In this document: one piece after another, positions 19,661-27,564 of the stretch | How the letters are laid out: each line of letters begins with the position of its first letter | How positions within the stretch are numbered: the first letter of the stretch is position 1 | Virus record (IMG/VR): IMGVR_UViG_3300016263_000689 | Span: 1-35,696 of that record | DNA from: a virus | Lineage: Duplodnaviria > Caudoviricetes | Strand: one strand, 5' to 3' | Length of the DNA: 35,696 bases | The notes under the pieces: model-generated | The model's input: only the letters and a program-made list of their open reading frames with translations | What the model was told of the DNA's origin: nothing | Database searches by the model: none | Program-made: the position numbers and the translations under genes

Positions 19661-20521
19661 ATGTTGTGGACCCCGAGCAAGGGCGCACTGCTGTACGAGC
19701 AGACCCACGGCAGTAGCGGCACGACTGACCCCGGCGTGCAGGTCCAGACCGGCGGCACCTCGTCGACGAAGGGTGCTGTCGTCGAGCTCATCGCGTCGAC
19801 GGCATTCGACTCGTACCTCATGCAGGTGATCGTCACCGGGTACGGCGTGTCGACCGGCACGTCGCGCCTTTGCGTTGACATCCTCACTGGCGCAGCGACC
19901 GAGGAGGTGCTGATCGCCGACCTGCTGTGCGGGTTCGTCGGCAGCTTCATCAACGTCGACCCCGGTCCTGTCCAGTACATGATTCCGATCTACGTCCCGG
20001 CCGGCACGCGACTGTCCGCGCGAGCCGCTGGCGACCGCGTAAACACCAACTGCCGCGTGTCGGTCCAGCTCTACGGCGGCGCGGGATACCCACCGTTCCC
20101 CGTCGGGCAGCGCGTCGTGACGTACGGCATCGGCACGGTCCCCAACGGCACGAACGTCACGCCCGGTGCGAGCGGCGCCGAGGGGGCATGGACGCAGATC
20201 ACCGCGTCGACGACGGAGGACGCGATGTGCGTCATCCCGGGCGCGCAACCACCGACCGGCGACACGACGCTGACGACCGCGTTGTTCCGCGGCGACATCG
20301 GCGTGGGCGCGGCGACCGAGGAGATCATCGCCGGCGGTGGGCGTGAGCAATCGTTCTTGTGGCGGTTGACCAGCAACGAGTTTGCCCACGGAATCATGAA
20401 CCCGATCCCGCTGTTCGCCGACATCCCGAGCGGCTCGAGGTTGAGCGCGCGGCTGAGCCGGACGAGCGCCGCCGACACGGTCGCGACCTGGAACATGGCC
20501 CTCTACTGCGTGAGCGCGTAA
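19661..20521 (+). CDS. Virion protein with two tandem homologous beta-sandwich-like domains
   Basis: Repeated KGAVVELIAST / EGAWTQITAST, DILTGAATEE / DIGVGAATEE and VPAGTRLSAR / IPSGSRLSAR. Confidence 0.7.
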   Translation: MLWTPSKGALLYEQTHGSSGTTDPGVQVQTGGTSSTKGAVVELIASTAFDSYLMQVIVTGYGVSTGTSRLCVDILTGAATEEVLIADLLCGFVGSFINVDPGPVQYMIPIYVPAGTRLSARAAGDRVNTNCRVSVQLYGGAGYPPFPVGQRVVTYGIGTVPNGTNVTPGASGAEGAWTQITASTTEDAMCVIPGAQPPTGDTTLTTALFRGDIGVGAATEEIIAGGGREQSFLWRLTSNEFAHGIMNPIPLFADIPSGSRLSARLSRTSAADTVATWNMALYCVSA

Positions 20522-21216
20522 TGGCCCTCGTCGAACCTTACGAGCTGGATGGCGTCACGGTCGGTGCGACCGAGCTGTCCATCGTGTCCGGCACCACGAC
20601 GTTGCAGAACGTCACCACCGACGGGATTTACCACCTGTGGCTCGACGCCAACACGATGGCCAAGGGCGACTACTTCCGGTGGAGGGTCTACGAGAAGGTA
20701 ATCTCGACTGGCACCAAGCGCGTCGTGTTCTCGATGACTTTGGGCAACGCGCAGTCGGAGCCGCTCGTCACGCCGCCGCTGATGCTCCTCCACGGCTGGG
20801 ACATGACGTTGCAGAAGATCGCCGGCACGGACCGCGCTTTCGACGCGTCGGTCCGCGGCAACGACGTCGCGCCCGTCGAGGCTTACACGCTGTCGGCGGT
20901 GACCGTCGGCGCAACGGAGCTGTCCGTGGTGAGCGGGACGACGACGCTCCAGACCGTCACAACGCACGGCGTCTACCAAGTGTTCGTCGACGCGAGCAAC
21001 ATGGCCAAGGGCGACGAATACCACGTCCGCATCTACGAGACGGTGGAGGGAACGGGCGGCACCAAGCGACAGGTTTACGAGGCGACGCTCCACGACGTCC
21101 AGTCGCAGTTGTTCGTCAGCCCGATGTTGCAGCTCAAAAACGGCTGGGACGTCACCCTGATCAAGATCAGCGGCACGGACCGCGCGTTCGACGCCTCAAT
21201 CCGGCGGGTGACCTGA
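20521..21216 (+). CDS. Virion protein with two tandem ~116-aa repeats
   Basis: ATG 20521 overlaps TAA. VTVGATELS(I/V)VSGTTTLQ, MAKGD and GWD.TL.KI.GTDRAFDAS each occur twice. Confidence 0.75.
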   Translation: MALVEPYELDGVTVGATELSIVSGTTTLQNVTTDGIYHLWLDANTMAKGDYFRWRVYEKVISTGTKRVVFSMTLGNAQSEPLVTPPLMLLHGWDMTLQKIAGTDRAFDASVRGNDVAPVEAYTLSAVTVGATELSVVSGTTTLQTVTTHGVYQVFVDASNMAKGDEYHVRIYETVEGTGGTKRQVYEATLHDVQSQLFVSPMLQLKNGWDVTLIKISGTDRAFDASIRRVT

Positions 21217-21217
21217 C

Positions 21218-22873
21218 ATGAGCTTTTGGGTCTGGAGCGGGTTTAGCCATGTCGGCGCCGGCGCCGTCAACGTCTACACGCTCGCCGCAGACCCGGGCAG
21301 CTACACCGTCACCGGCACCGCCGCGACTCTCTCCACGACGCGGCTTCTCGTCGCCGACGCTGGCTCGGTCGCGGTCACCGGCACCGATGCCGCGCTCGTC
21401 GTCGGTCGCGTGGTCGTCGCGGACGCTGGAAGCGTTGCGATTTTCGGCACCGATGCGGGCTTGCTTGCGACGCGACTCCTCGTCGCTGACGCTGGCGCCG
21501 TCAATATCGTCGGCACCGCTGCGACGCTCGCGGTCGGACGGACGCTCGTCGCCGACGCCGGGTCGGTCGTCGTCACTGGGACGGCTGCTGACCTGATCTT
21601 CGCGCAGGGCGCGACGCTGACCGCCGACGCTGGCAGCTACGCGATCACCGGGACCGCCGCGGACTTTGTGCGCGGGTTCGTGGTCGCCGCGAACGCCGGA
21701 TCCATCGTCGTCACCGGCACGGCTGCGACGTTCCTGCGCGGGTACGCTTTCGCGGCCGAGGCCGGCACGGTCACAATTGCTACGCCGGTCGAGACGCTGC
21801 TTGCGTACCGCGGCGCGTTGCTCGGGTTGCCGCTCGCGGAACTGCACTATCCGCGCATCATCCAACCGCACCGATGGGCGACGAACGGACGCCCGCCGGA
21901 TGTGCGGTTCCTCCGTGCGCTGATCCGGTCGCAGAACCACGCGATGGCGTATCGGCGCAAGACGTTTTTGCGCTGGGGCGACCTCGACTCGCCGCCCGAG
22001 GGACTGACCGGCGACGTCACTCGCTTCCGCTGGCGGTGCCACACCGGCTACGGCGCGACGCACATCGGGCTCGTGCTCGGGCTCGGGATCGACGACAAGG
22101 CGACCGGGTCGTCGCCGGCGGTCCAGCTCGAGATCACGCCGGTCGGTGGCGGTGCGGCGACGTCGGTGACCAGCACGGGCGGCGCGTCGACGACTGGGAC
22201 GGACGACTACCCGAGCCAGATCCTATGGCGTCGCGAGAAGCTCGCGGTGCTTCCCAACACCACCTACGAATGCCGGCTGTTCACCCAGGATTACGGTCGC
22301 ATCGTCTCGGTTTGTGCCTACGAGATTGCTTCGCCCTTCGTCGATCCGCGCAAGGACTACTACATCGGCGAGCAACCCGGCGTGGAGGCGCCCGTCACCG
22401 ATACGCTCCGCGAGCGAATCCTCGTCGGGCTGTCGTCGATGTGGCGGCGCAACGGCTCGCACCTGTACTCGTGGCCGGGCGACCCGAGCGGGACGCAACC
22501 GACGTTTGCCACGTCGACGTGGACGAACATCATCGACGGCTCGACGACGTCCAGCTCCTCGACGCCCGGGTTTGCGCTGGGCGACGCCGACGAGGTGACG
22601 TTGCTCGCGCAACCGCGACGGAGCAAGGCCGACGCGCTGGACGTCGTGCTCGCGGCGCATGGCAGCGTGGCGAGCGGTAGCGGCGGCGAGGTGAGGCTCC
22701 TCGACAATAACGGCACCGCGTGGATGACGCTGACGGGGATCGGCACGACGGCGCAGTGGTACGCGGCGACCGGGACGATCAGCCTCGACGGCATCACCAA
22801 GCTGGACGCGCAGGCCCGCGCGACGTCGTCGACGCTCACGCTGAACGCACTGAGCCTCTACACCTACGCCTAA
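21218..22873 (+). CDS. Tail fibre-like protein with eight ~22-aa repeats and a C-terminal globular region
   Basis: Repeats of L(V/A)ADAGS(V/Y)xVTGTAAxL over about 21273-21781, then a non-repetitive beta-rich region; last gene before lysis. Confidence 0.7.
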   Translation: MSFWVWSGFSHVGAGAVNVYTLAADPGSYTVTGTAATLSTTRLLVADAGSVAVTGTDAALVVGRVVVADAGSVAIFGTDAGLLATRLLVADAGAVNIVGTAATLAVGRTLVADAGSVVVTGTAADLIFAQGATLTADAGSYAITGTAADFVRGFVVAANAGSIVVTGTAATFLRGYAFAAEAGTVTIATPVETLLAYRGALLGLPLAELHYPRIIQPHRWATNGRPPDVRFLRALIRSQNHAMAYRRKTFLRWGDLDSPPEGLTGDVTRFRWRCHTGYGATHIGLVLGLGIDDKATGSSPAVQLEITPVGGGAATSVTSTGGASTTGTDDYPSQILWRREKLAVLPNTTYECRLFTQDYGRIVSVCAYEIASPFVDPRKDYYIGEQPGVEAPVTDTLRERILVGLSSMWRRNGSHLYSWPGDPSGTQPTFATSTWTNIIDGSTTSSSSTPGFALGDADEVTLLAQPRRSKADALDVVLAAHGSVASGSGGEVRLLDNNGTAWMTLTGIGTTAQWYAATGTISLDGITKLDAQARATSSTLTLNALSLYTYA

Positions 22874-22884
22874 CCGGAGCGCCC

Positions 22885-23289
22885 ATGATCGACCTCGACA
22901 CCATCGTGACTATCGGCACCGCGATCGCCGGCCTGTTCGGCTACCGCCGCGCGACCGACAACCTCGCAGAGCAGTGGCGCCGCGTGTCGCGGCTCGTCGA
23001 CGCGACGACCAACCAGGTACTCCGCGCTGCGAACAAGGCGGGGCGACCCGTCACGAGCGCGGACGTCGAGCGGTGGTCGCGGCTGATGCGCGCCGGTGCG
23101 GACGCGGCTGGGATCCGGTTGTCCACCTCGACGTGGCGCCGCGCGACCGACCTCGCACGCGACCGGCTCCTCGCGCACCAGCTCGAGCTGGACGACGACA
23201 CGGCGGCGCCGCTGAGCGAGCGGCTCGGCGACGTGGTCCGCGCGCTGGAGTCCCACCGCAACGTCGGGGGTGCGCGTCGTGGAGGCTGA
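22885..23289 (+). CDS. Holin-like membrane protein (single N-terminal hydrophobic helix)
   Basis: ATG 22885 after GGAG; TIVTIGTAIAGLFGY followed by RR; upstream of the endolysin. Confidence 0.5.
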   Translation: MIDLDTIVTIGTAIAGLFGYRRATDNLAEQWRRVSRLVDATTNQVLRAANKAGRPVTSADVERWSRLMRAGADAAGIRLSTSTWRRATDLARDRLLAHQLELDDDTAAPLSERLGDVVRALESHRNVGGARRGG

Positions 23290-23623
23290 GCTCGCGCAAT
23301 CGGCGGTTGGGGCGGTCGGCGTGGTCGGGTTCTTGGTGTGGGCAGTAAAGAGATTGATCGAAGGCGCGGAAAAAGCCGCCGCTGAAAACACGAAAGCCAT
23401 TTCCGGTACCGGCGATCGGATGGTGCAGGCCATTGAGCGTCTCGACGGGCGAATGGAGCGCATGAGTTCGTCGCTCGCCGACATCCGGCGCGACCTCGCG
23501 GCAGGCACCGCGCATCAGGAACGGACCACTGAGCAGCTCGAGGCGATCCGCGAGCTGTTGGACGTCGACGACGACAAGCCGGCGAAAAAGCACAAGCCGA
23601 AGGCGAATGGAGCTGCGCTGTGA
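23270..23623 (+). CDS. Holin-like membrane protein (TM helix, coiled coil, basic tail)
   Basis: AVGAVGVVGFLVWAV hydrophobic helix, heptad region and KPAKKHKPK tail; coupled to the endolysin. Start uncertain (23270 or 23279). Confidence 0.55.
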   Translation: MRVVEAELAQSAVGAVGVVGFLVWAVKRLIEGAEKAAAENTKAISGTGDRMVQAIERLDGRMERMSSSLADIRRDLAAGTAHQERTTEQLEAIRELLDVDDDKPAKKHKPKANGAAL

Positions 23624-24444
23624 GGTGGCTACCGTCGATCGGCGCGCTACTCAGCCGCGCCACCCACGAGCTGGATCACCTCGAGGGTCCGTACCCCGGC
23701 GGCCCGCACCTCGACGAGCCGGACGATGACCTACCGGCGCCGCTGGCGATCGACTCGGCGGGGTGGCTCGTCGGCGACGGGGTTGAGCGGATCCCGACGT
23801 CGCGCGGCGGGTATCGCTGGCGCACTCGGTCACAGCAGCCCGGCGGGATCCTGTGGCACTGGACTGCAACCTCGCACGGTAGTGGGCGGACGCTCGCTCG
23901 GCGAATCGCGTCGGGGTCGGGGTCGTCGGTGCACGTCTGGATCGACGCAGACGGTTCGCTGATCCAGTCGGCGCCGTTCTCTCGCGGGACCGGACACGCC
24001 GGCGGTCCGAGCTCCGCGCGACTCGCCGAGCGCGACGGGGTGGTGTCTCTCGACCCGGCTGGCGCTCACTCGGCGAATAGCTACCTACTCGGCGTCGAGC
24101 TGGTCAACGTCGGCGAGGTCCGCAGCGTCGGCGGCAAGTGGCTAGGCTGGCCGTTCGGTCGCGGACCGGAGCGGTCGCCGACGGTCCCGGCGTCGCAGGT
24201 CGTCGAGGGAGTCGACGCGATGGGGCGCAAGCGGACCTACCAGGACTACACCCCCGCGCAACGCACCGCCGCGGAGCGACTCGCTCGAGCCTGCCGAGCG
24301 CGGTACGGGTGGTCGCAGCCGCAGCCGTACTCATGGGGGCATTGCGTCGTTGACCCGAGCCGCAAGACAGACCCGGGGCCGCTGTGGCTTGCACGGTACC
24401 TGCCCGAGCTACTGGACCGCGTCCTACCGGGCGCCGAAACGTGA
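23620..24444 (+). CDS. Endolysin, N-acetylmuramoyl-L-alanine amidase (Amidase_2 type)
   Basis: ILWHWTA, SVHVWIDADG, GHAG, NSYLLGVELVN, YTPAQ and WGH...RKTDPG carry the Zn ligands and catalytic Glu of Amidase_2. Confidence 0.9.
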   Translation: MRWLPSIGALLSRATHELDHLEGPYPGGPHLDEPDDDLPAPLAIDSAGWLVGDGVERIPTSRGGYRWRTRSQQPGGILWHWTATSHGSGRTLARRIASGSGSSVHVWIDADGSLIQSAPFSRGTGHAGGPSSARLAERDGVVSLDPAGAHSANSYLLGVELVNVGEVRSVGGKWLGWPFGRGPERSPTVPASQVVEGVDAMGRKRTYQDYTPAQRTAAERLARACRARYGWSQPQPYSWGHCVVDPSRKTDPGPLWLARYLPELLDRVLPGAET

Positions 24445-24523
24445 CGCGCCGAGCAATCGCGGACCTCGTGGGCCTCGCGGTGCTCGGCGGGTGCGCGGCG
24501 CTAATCGCTGTCGCGCGGCAGGT

Positions 24524-24742
24524 TTATCGCTGGTCGGACGCTCCGTCGATCTCGGCGACCGCTTGCCGGACCGCGGCTGCGAGGCGCGCGTCACGGAGCT
24601 GGTCGCCCGCGGACATGGCGAACTGATCGACCGCCGCTCTGAGCAGCGCGTACTCGTCGGCGTACGCGTATCGTGCCGCGTAGGCTCGCCAGCGCGCAAG
24701 GTCGGCGGGCCTCACTCGCAGCATGACGGTCCGGGCGGTCAC
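24524..24742 (-). CDS. Ribbon-helix-helix (CopG/Arc-like) DNA-binding protein
   Basis: TVMLRV strand, ADLARWRAYAARY helix, EYALLRAAVDQF helix; GTGA-coupled to the upstream gene. Confidence 0.6.
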   Translation of the reverse strand: MTARTVMLRVRPADLARWRAYAARYAYADEYALLRAAVDQFAMSAGDQLRDARLAAAVRQAVAEIDGASDQR

Positions 24743-25386
24743 GCGGACACCTCCGCGCGCATACGCTCCAGGTAGTCTGCCGCCCGCTCGCCCGGGTCAG
24801 CCTCGTGATGCTCCTCGGCGTACTCCTCCGCGGCGGCGACGGCGGCCTCTTCGCTCGGGTAGGCCGTGTCATCGCACTCGTCGGATCCGTTGGCGTCGTC
24901 GGACGTGCGGATGAACCAGCTCAGCCCGGCGCAACCGATCTCGACGGAGACGTCGCACGCGCCCTCGCCGCCGGTGGCATCGTAGGTCGCGACGTACGTG
25001 GCGGCGTGGTACCAGGAGAGGACGTCGCACTTGCGCCCGCAGTGGATCGCCGCGACGTAGCGGACCGGGGTGGCGCCGGGAGGGCTGACCTGATGCGACG
25101 ACTCCCAGTCCATCGTCCACCCCTCGGGCAGCGCAGCCTCGACGTCGTCGATCTCGTGCTCGCCGTACGTCACGCGCGGACCGTTGGCGCTATCGAGCTC
25201 GACCTCGATCTCGGTGGGCTGGACCTCGCGAGCGCTGCCGCAGCGTGCGCCCTCCGCGTACACCCACACCGACTCGCCGAGCCGATCGGCGCGCTCCTGC
25301 GCGGCCCGGTCAATCTCGTGAGCCGAAATACCGGCCGCCAGCTGCGCCCCGTCGCCAGTGTCGATCGCGTACGTCTTGCTGTTCAT
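24739..25386 (-). CDS. Acidic hypothetical protein
   Basis: 215 aa, ATG after AAGGGG; downstream of its own promoter-like element. Confidence 0.75.
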   Translation of the reverse strand: MNSKTYAIDTGDGAQLAAGISAHEIDRAAQERADRLGESVWVYAEGARCGSAREVQPTEIEVELDSANGPRVTYGEHEIDDVEAALPEGWTMDWESSHQVSPPGATPVRYVAAIHCGRKCDVLSWYHAATYVATYDATGGEGACDVSVEIGCAGLSWFIRTSDDANGSDECDDTAYPSEEAAVAAAEEYAEEHHEADPGERAADYLERMRAEVSA

Positions 25387-25428
25387 TGCTTGCCCCTTTT
25401 TGTCGTCGGCGTCGTTGCCGATGGGTCA

Positions 25429-25480
25429 TGTATACGTCGCGTCTACGACGGACGCAAGGGGCTGGCGTATTATTTTTTTT
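25429..25480 (-). promoter_or_regulatory. Sigma70-type promoter with A-tract UP element and a dyad in the spacer
   Basis: Minus strand: AAAAAAAATAATA, then TTGCGT (25457-52), 17 nt, TATACA (25434-29). The spacer contains the inverted repeat CGTCG-N6-CGACG. Confidence 0.6.
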
Positions 25481-25500
25481 CGCGCCGTGGATACGCGGAC

Positions 25501-25743
25501 TTAGCGCCGCTCAACCGCCGCCAGCATCCTGCGCTGCTCAGGCGCGGCAGATCTTAACGGCGGCGTCAACATCCAGCTCGAGCGCACGAGCGGCTCCTCC
25601 GCGCCCACCGGCGACGGGTCGGGGCGCGGCGTCCGCGATCGAAGCGCAATCGCCGCCAGCGCGTCGCGGACCCACGGGTGGGGGCGATCGGGCAGCGAGC
25701 GCAACGCCGCGTGGCGGGCGCGGAGGAGATCCAAGCGTTTCAC
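25501..25743 (-). CDS. Hypothetical protein (80 aa)
   Basis: GTG 25743 overlaps the TGA of the upstream gene; C-terminal part of ORF 25501..26064. Confidence 0.5.
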   Translation of the reverse strand: MKRLDLLRARHAALRSLPDRPHPWVRDALAAIALRSRTPRPDPSPVGAEEPLVRSSWMLTPPLRSAAPEQRRMLAAVERR

Positions 25744-26276
25744 GCCGGCCGGACCTTCGGGTGAACGCTGGGCAACTCCGCGGCGCGGAACTCGAAGACC
25801 AGCGCCTTGCGCCCGCTCGTCGCCTCTGTCAGCGTCGCGGCAATGACCCGCGCCGCGTGGGTTGCCACTCGCTGCTGTTCGGCGTTGAGCGTCTCGGTCC
25901 GCACCGCGCCGAGCCGACGCGCCGACCGGGCGACCGCTCGCGTCGCGGAGCCGAAGTCGCCGCTCGCCACGACCACGCGGTCCCACTCTGGCAGGACGCG
26001 CAGTCCGACACCGGGGACGGCGCGGAGGTCGACGTTCCGGAGCCGGAACAATCGCTTGCGCCACGCCGCGACCACGACGGCAAAGCGTTTGGTGCGGGGC
26101 GCCTCGCCGATCACCGCGGCGATCGCGTCGTAGCGGATCACCGTGTTGACCTCGAGCGATGGGAACGCCTCGTCCAGTCGCCGGCAGTCCGGCTCGGTGG
26201 GGCGCCCCAGCGCGATGCGCGCCGGGGTGGCGCGGTAGTCCTCCGGGTTATCGTCTTGCTTGTTGTTATCGTCCAT
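25740..26276 (-). CDS. Hypothetical basic protein, possible winged-helix; candidate accessory gene of the RAMP/array locus
   Basis: ATG 26276 after GAAAGAGG; 178 aa; VIRYDAIAAVIG...WRKRL...LRAVPGVGLRVL; begins 30 nt downstream of the array. Confidence 0.7.
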   Translation of the reverse strand: MDDNNKQDDNPEDYRATPARIALGRPTEPDCRRLDEAFPSLEVNTVIRYDAIAAVIGEAPRTKRFAVVVAAWRKRLFRLRNVDLRAVPGVGLRVLPEWDRVVVASGDFGSATRAVARSARRLGAVRTETLNAEQQRVATHAARVIAATLTEATSGRKALVFEFRAAELPSVHPKVRPA

Positions 26277-26305
26277 GAGCTGCCTCTTTCGTGTTGTTGT
26301 TGGTG

Positions 26306-26460
26306 ATGTGACTTGCACCCTTGCCCCGCCGTGCCGTGCCGCGCCTGGCCCCGCCGTGCCGCGCCGTGCCGTGCCCTGCTGGGCCGCGCCGTGAGCGAAC
26401 CGTATGTGACTTGCACCCTTGCCTCGCCATGGCCCGCCTAGACTTGCCTCGCCCGACCAC
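26306..26460 (-). ncRNA. Putative guide-RNA array: two units of GGY-NN pentamers, each ending in the 20-nt tail GGCAAGGGTGCAAGTCACAT
   Basis: Minus strand unit 1: GGTcg GGCga GGCaa GTCta GGCgg GCCat GGCga GGCaa GGGTGCAAGTCACAT. Unit 2: GGCgc GGCcc AGCag GGCac GGCac GGCgc GGCac GGCgg GGCca GGCgc GGCac GGCac GGCgg GGCaa GGGTGCAAGTCACAT. Exact 20-nt repeats at 26306-26325 and 26404-26423. The repeat is certain; RNA status is inferred. Confidence 0.75.
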
Positions 26461-26466
26461 GCGGGA

Positions 26467-27126
26467 TCAGTCGACGCGGATCAGGTCGACGCTGAACCGA
26501 CCGTACGGGCCGGGCGTCTTGCTCGACGGGCGCCAGTCGCCCAGCCCCTTGTAGTCGCCGGCATGGACGAGGATCGTCCGCAACACACCCTCGGTGAGCT
26601 GCGGGTCCCAGACCTGGATCGTCCCGCCGCACGTCCATCGATCGAACCGCGGGCGCACGCGGACGTGCTTGGAGCCGCTGCCGAGACGGGCGCGCTTGAC
26701 GAATAGCGAGAACCCGCACCGAACCGCCGTCTCCTTGTGCCGCGCAAAGTCCAACTCCGAGCGGAGCGGGTCGATCTGCGTCGTCAAGATCGGGCGACCG
26801 TCGACGAGGATCGGCCAGCCGGCCTCGCGGACCACCATGCCGCTCTGCGTCTGCGCCTTGAAGGTCTTTTTGCCCTGGACCGTGACGCTGGCGCCGCCCT
26901 CCATGAGACACCGGCTGATGTTGTCGGACGGCATAACCACCTTGCCGTCGTGCTCGTAGAGCGACCCGATCCACGAGAACGCCGGCGAGCGATCATCGCC
27001 GGGAACGCTCAGCTTCTTGTTGTTCGGCTGCTTGCGCCACTCCGAGAGCGCATCGGCAAACTCGATGTTGTCGTTGTGGAGCAAAAGGGGCGTCGTGCCC
27101 GTGAACGTGACCCTGTAATATTGCAT
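26467..27126 (-). CDS. Stand-alone RAMP/Cas7-like RNA-binding protein (Vipr-like)
   Basis: YRVTFTGTTPLLLH (RAMP beta1), DGKVVMPSDNISRCL (compare the Cas7/Csm3 IPGSSLKG motif), RVRPRF, and a C-terminal glycine-rich loop GLGDWRP...GPYGRF. No other cas genes in the window. Confidence 0.8.
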   Translation of the reverse strand: MQYYRVTFTGTTPLLLHNDNIEFADALSEWRKQPNNKKLSVPGDDRSPAFSWIGSLYEHDGKVVMPSDNISRCLMEGGASVTVQGKKTFKAQTQSGMVVREAGWPILVDGRPILTTQIDPLRSELDFARHKETAVRCGFSLFVKRARLGSGSKHVRVRPRFDRWTCGGTIQVWDPQLTEGVLRTILVHAGDYKGLGDWRPSSKTPGPYGRFSVDLIRVD

Positions 27127-27142
27127 GGAGCTGCCCTGTTGG

Positions 27143-27160
27143 TTTGATGGTTGGTTGGTT
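27143..27160 (+). repeat. (GGTT)n short tandem repeat; C/A-rich leader of the RAMP gene on the minus strand
   Basis: ggtttgatggttggttggttggttggg in the SSB-RAMP intergenic gap. Confidence 0.6.
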
Positions 27161-27171
27161 GGTTGGGTCGC

Positions 27172-27540
27172 TCAGAACGGCAACTCGTCCGCGGACGGGT
27201 GCTGGTCTGCCGGCTCGCTGCTACCGCCGCCGCTCGCGACGGTGATGCTCGACGCGTTGATCTCCGTGATGTACTGCTTCTCGCCGTTCTTGCCGTCAAA
27301 CGAACGCGTCTTGATCGCGCCCTCGACCACGACGAGCTGCCCGCGCTGGAGACGTCCCGCGACGTCCGCGAGCTGCCCCCACGCCGCGATGCGGTGCCAG
27401 TCGGTGCGGTCCTGCTGCTGTCCATCCTTGCCGCGCCAGCTTTCATGCGTCGCGACCTTGAAGGACGCGAGCTGCGAGCGCCCGACGGACTTGACGGTCG
27501 GGTCGGTGTCCACTGTGCCGATGAGGATTGCCTTGTTCAT
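27172..27540 (-). CDS. ssb: Single-stranded DNA-binding protein
   Basis: MNKAILIG...DP...FKVATHESW...TDWHRIAAWGQLA...GQLVVVEGAIKTRSF...YITEI, with acidic tail DELPF. Confidence 0.95.
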   Translation of the reverse strand: MNKAILIGTVDTDPTVKSVGRSQLASFKVATHESWRGKDGQQQDRTDWHRIAAWGQLADVAGRLQRGQLVVVEGAIKTRSFDGKNGEKQYITEINASSITVASGGGSSEPADQHPSADELPF

Positions 27541-27564
27541 GTTCTGTCCCTTGTCTTGGTGTTG

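Noticed and set aside
1533-23663. Many long antisense and alternate-frame ORFs across the structural operon
   Set aside because: Shadow ORFs expected at about 70% GC; Arg/Ala/Pro-rich, with no motifs and no RBS or coupling.
24441-24626. Possible lipoprotein/spanin after the endolysin (VLGGC)
   Set aside because: Hydrophobic residues continue past the Cys, and the ORF overlaps the better-supported RHH gene by 103 nt on the opposite strand. Not excluded, but unsupported.
26306-26460. Canonical CRISPR array
   Set aside because: Only two 20-nt repeats. The sequence between them is itself a 5-nt periodic tract rather than a unique spacer, and there is no cas1/cas2.
26138-26554. Short ORFs over the array (ARHGAARRG / PCRAVP-type translations)
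   Set aside because: Low-complexity products of the pentamer repeat; a 5-nt period does not fit codon structure.
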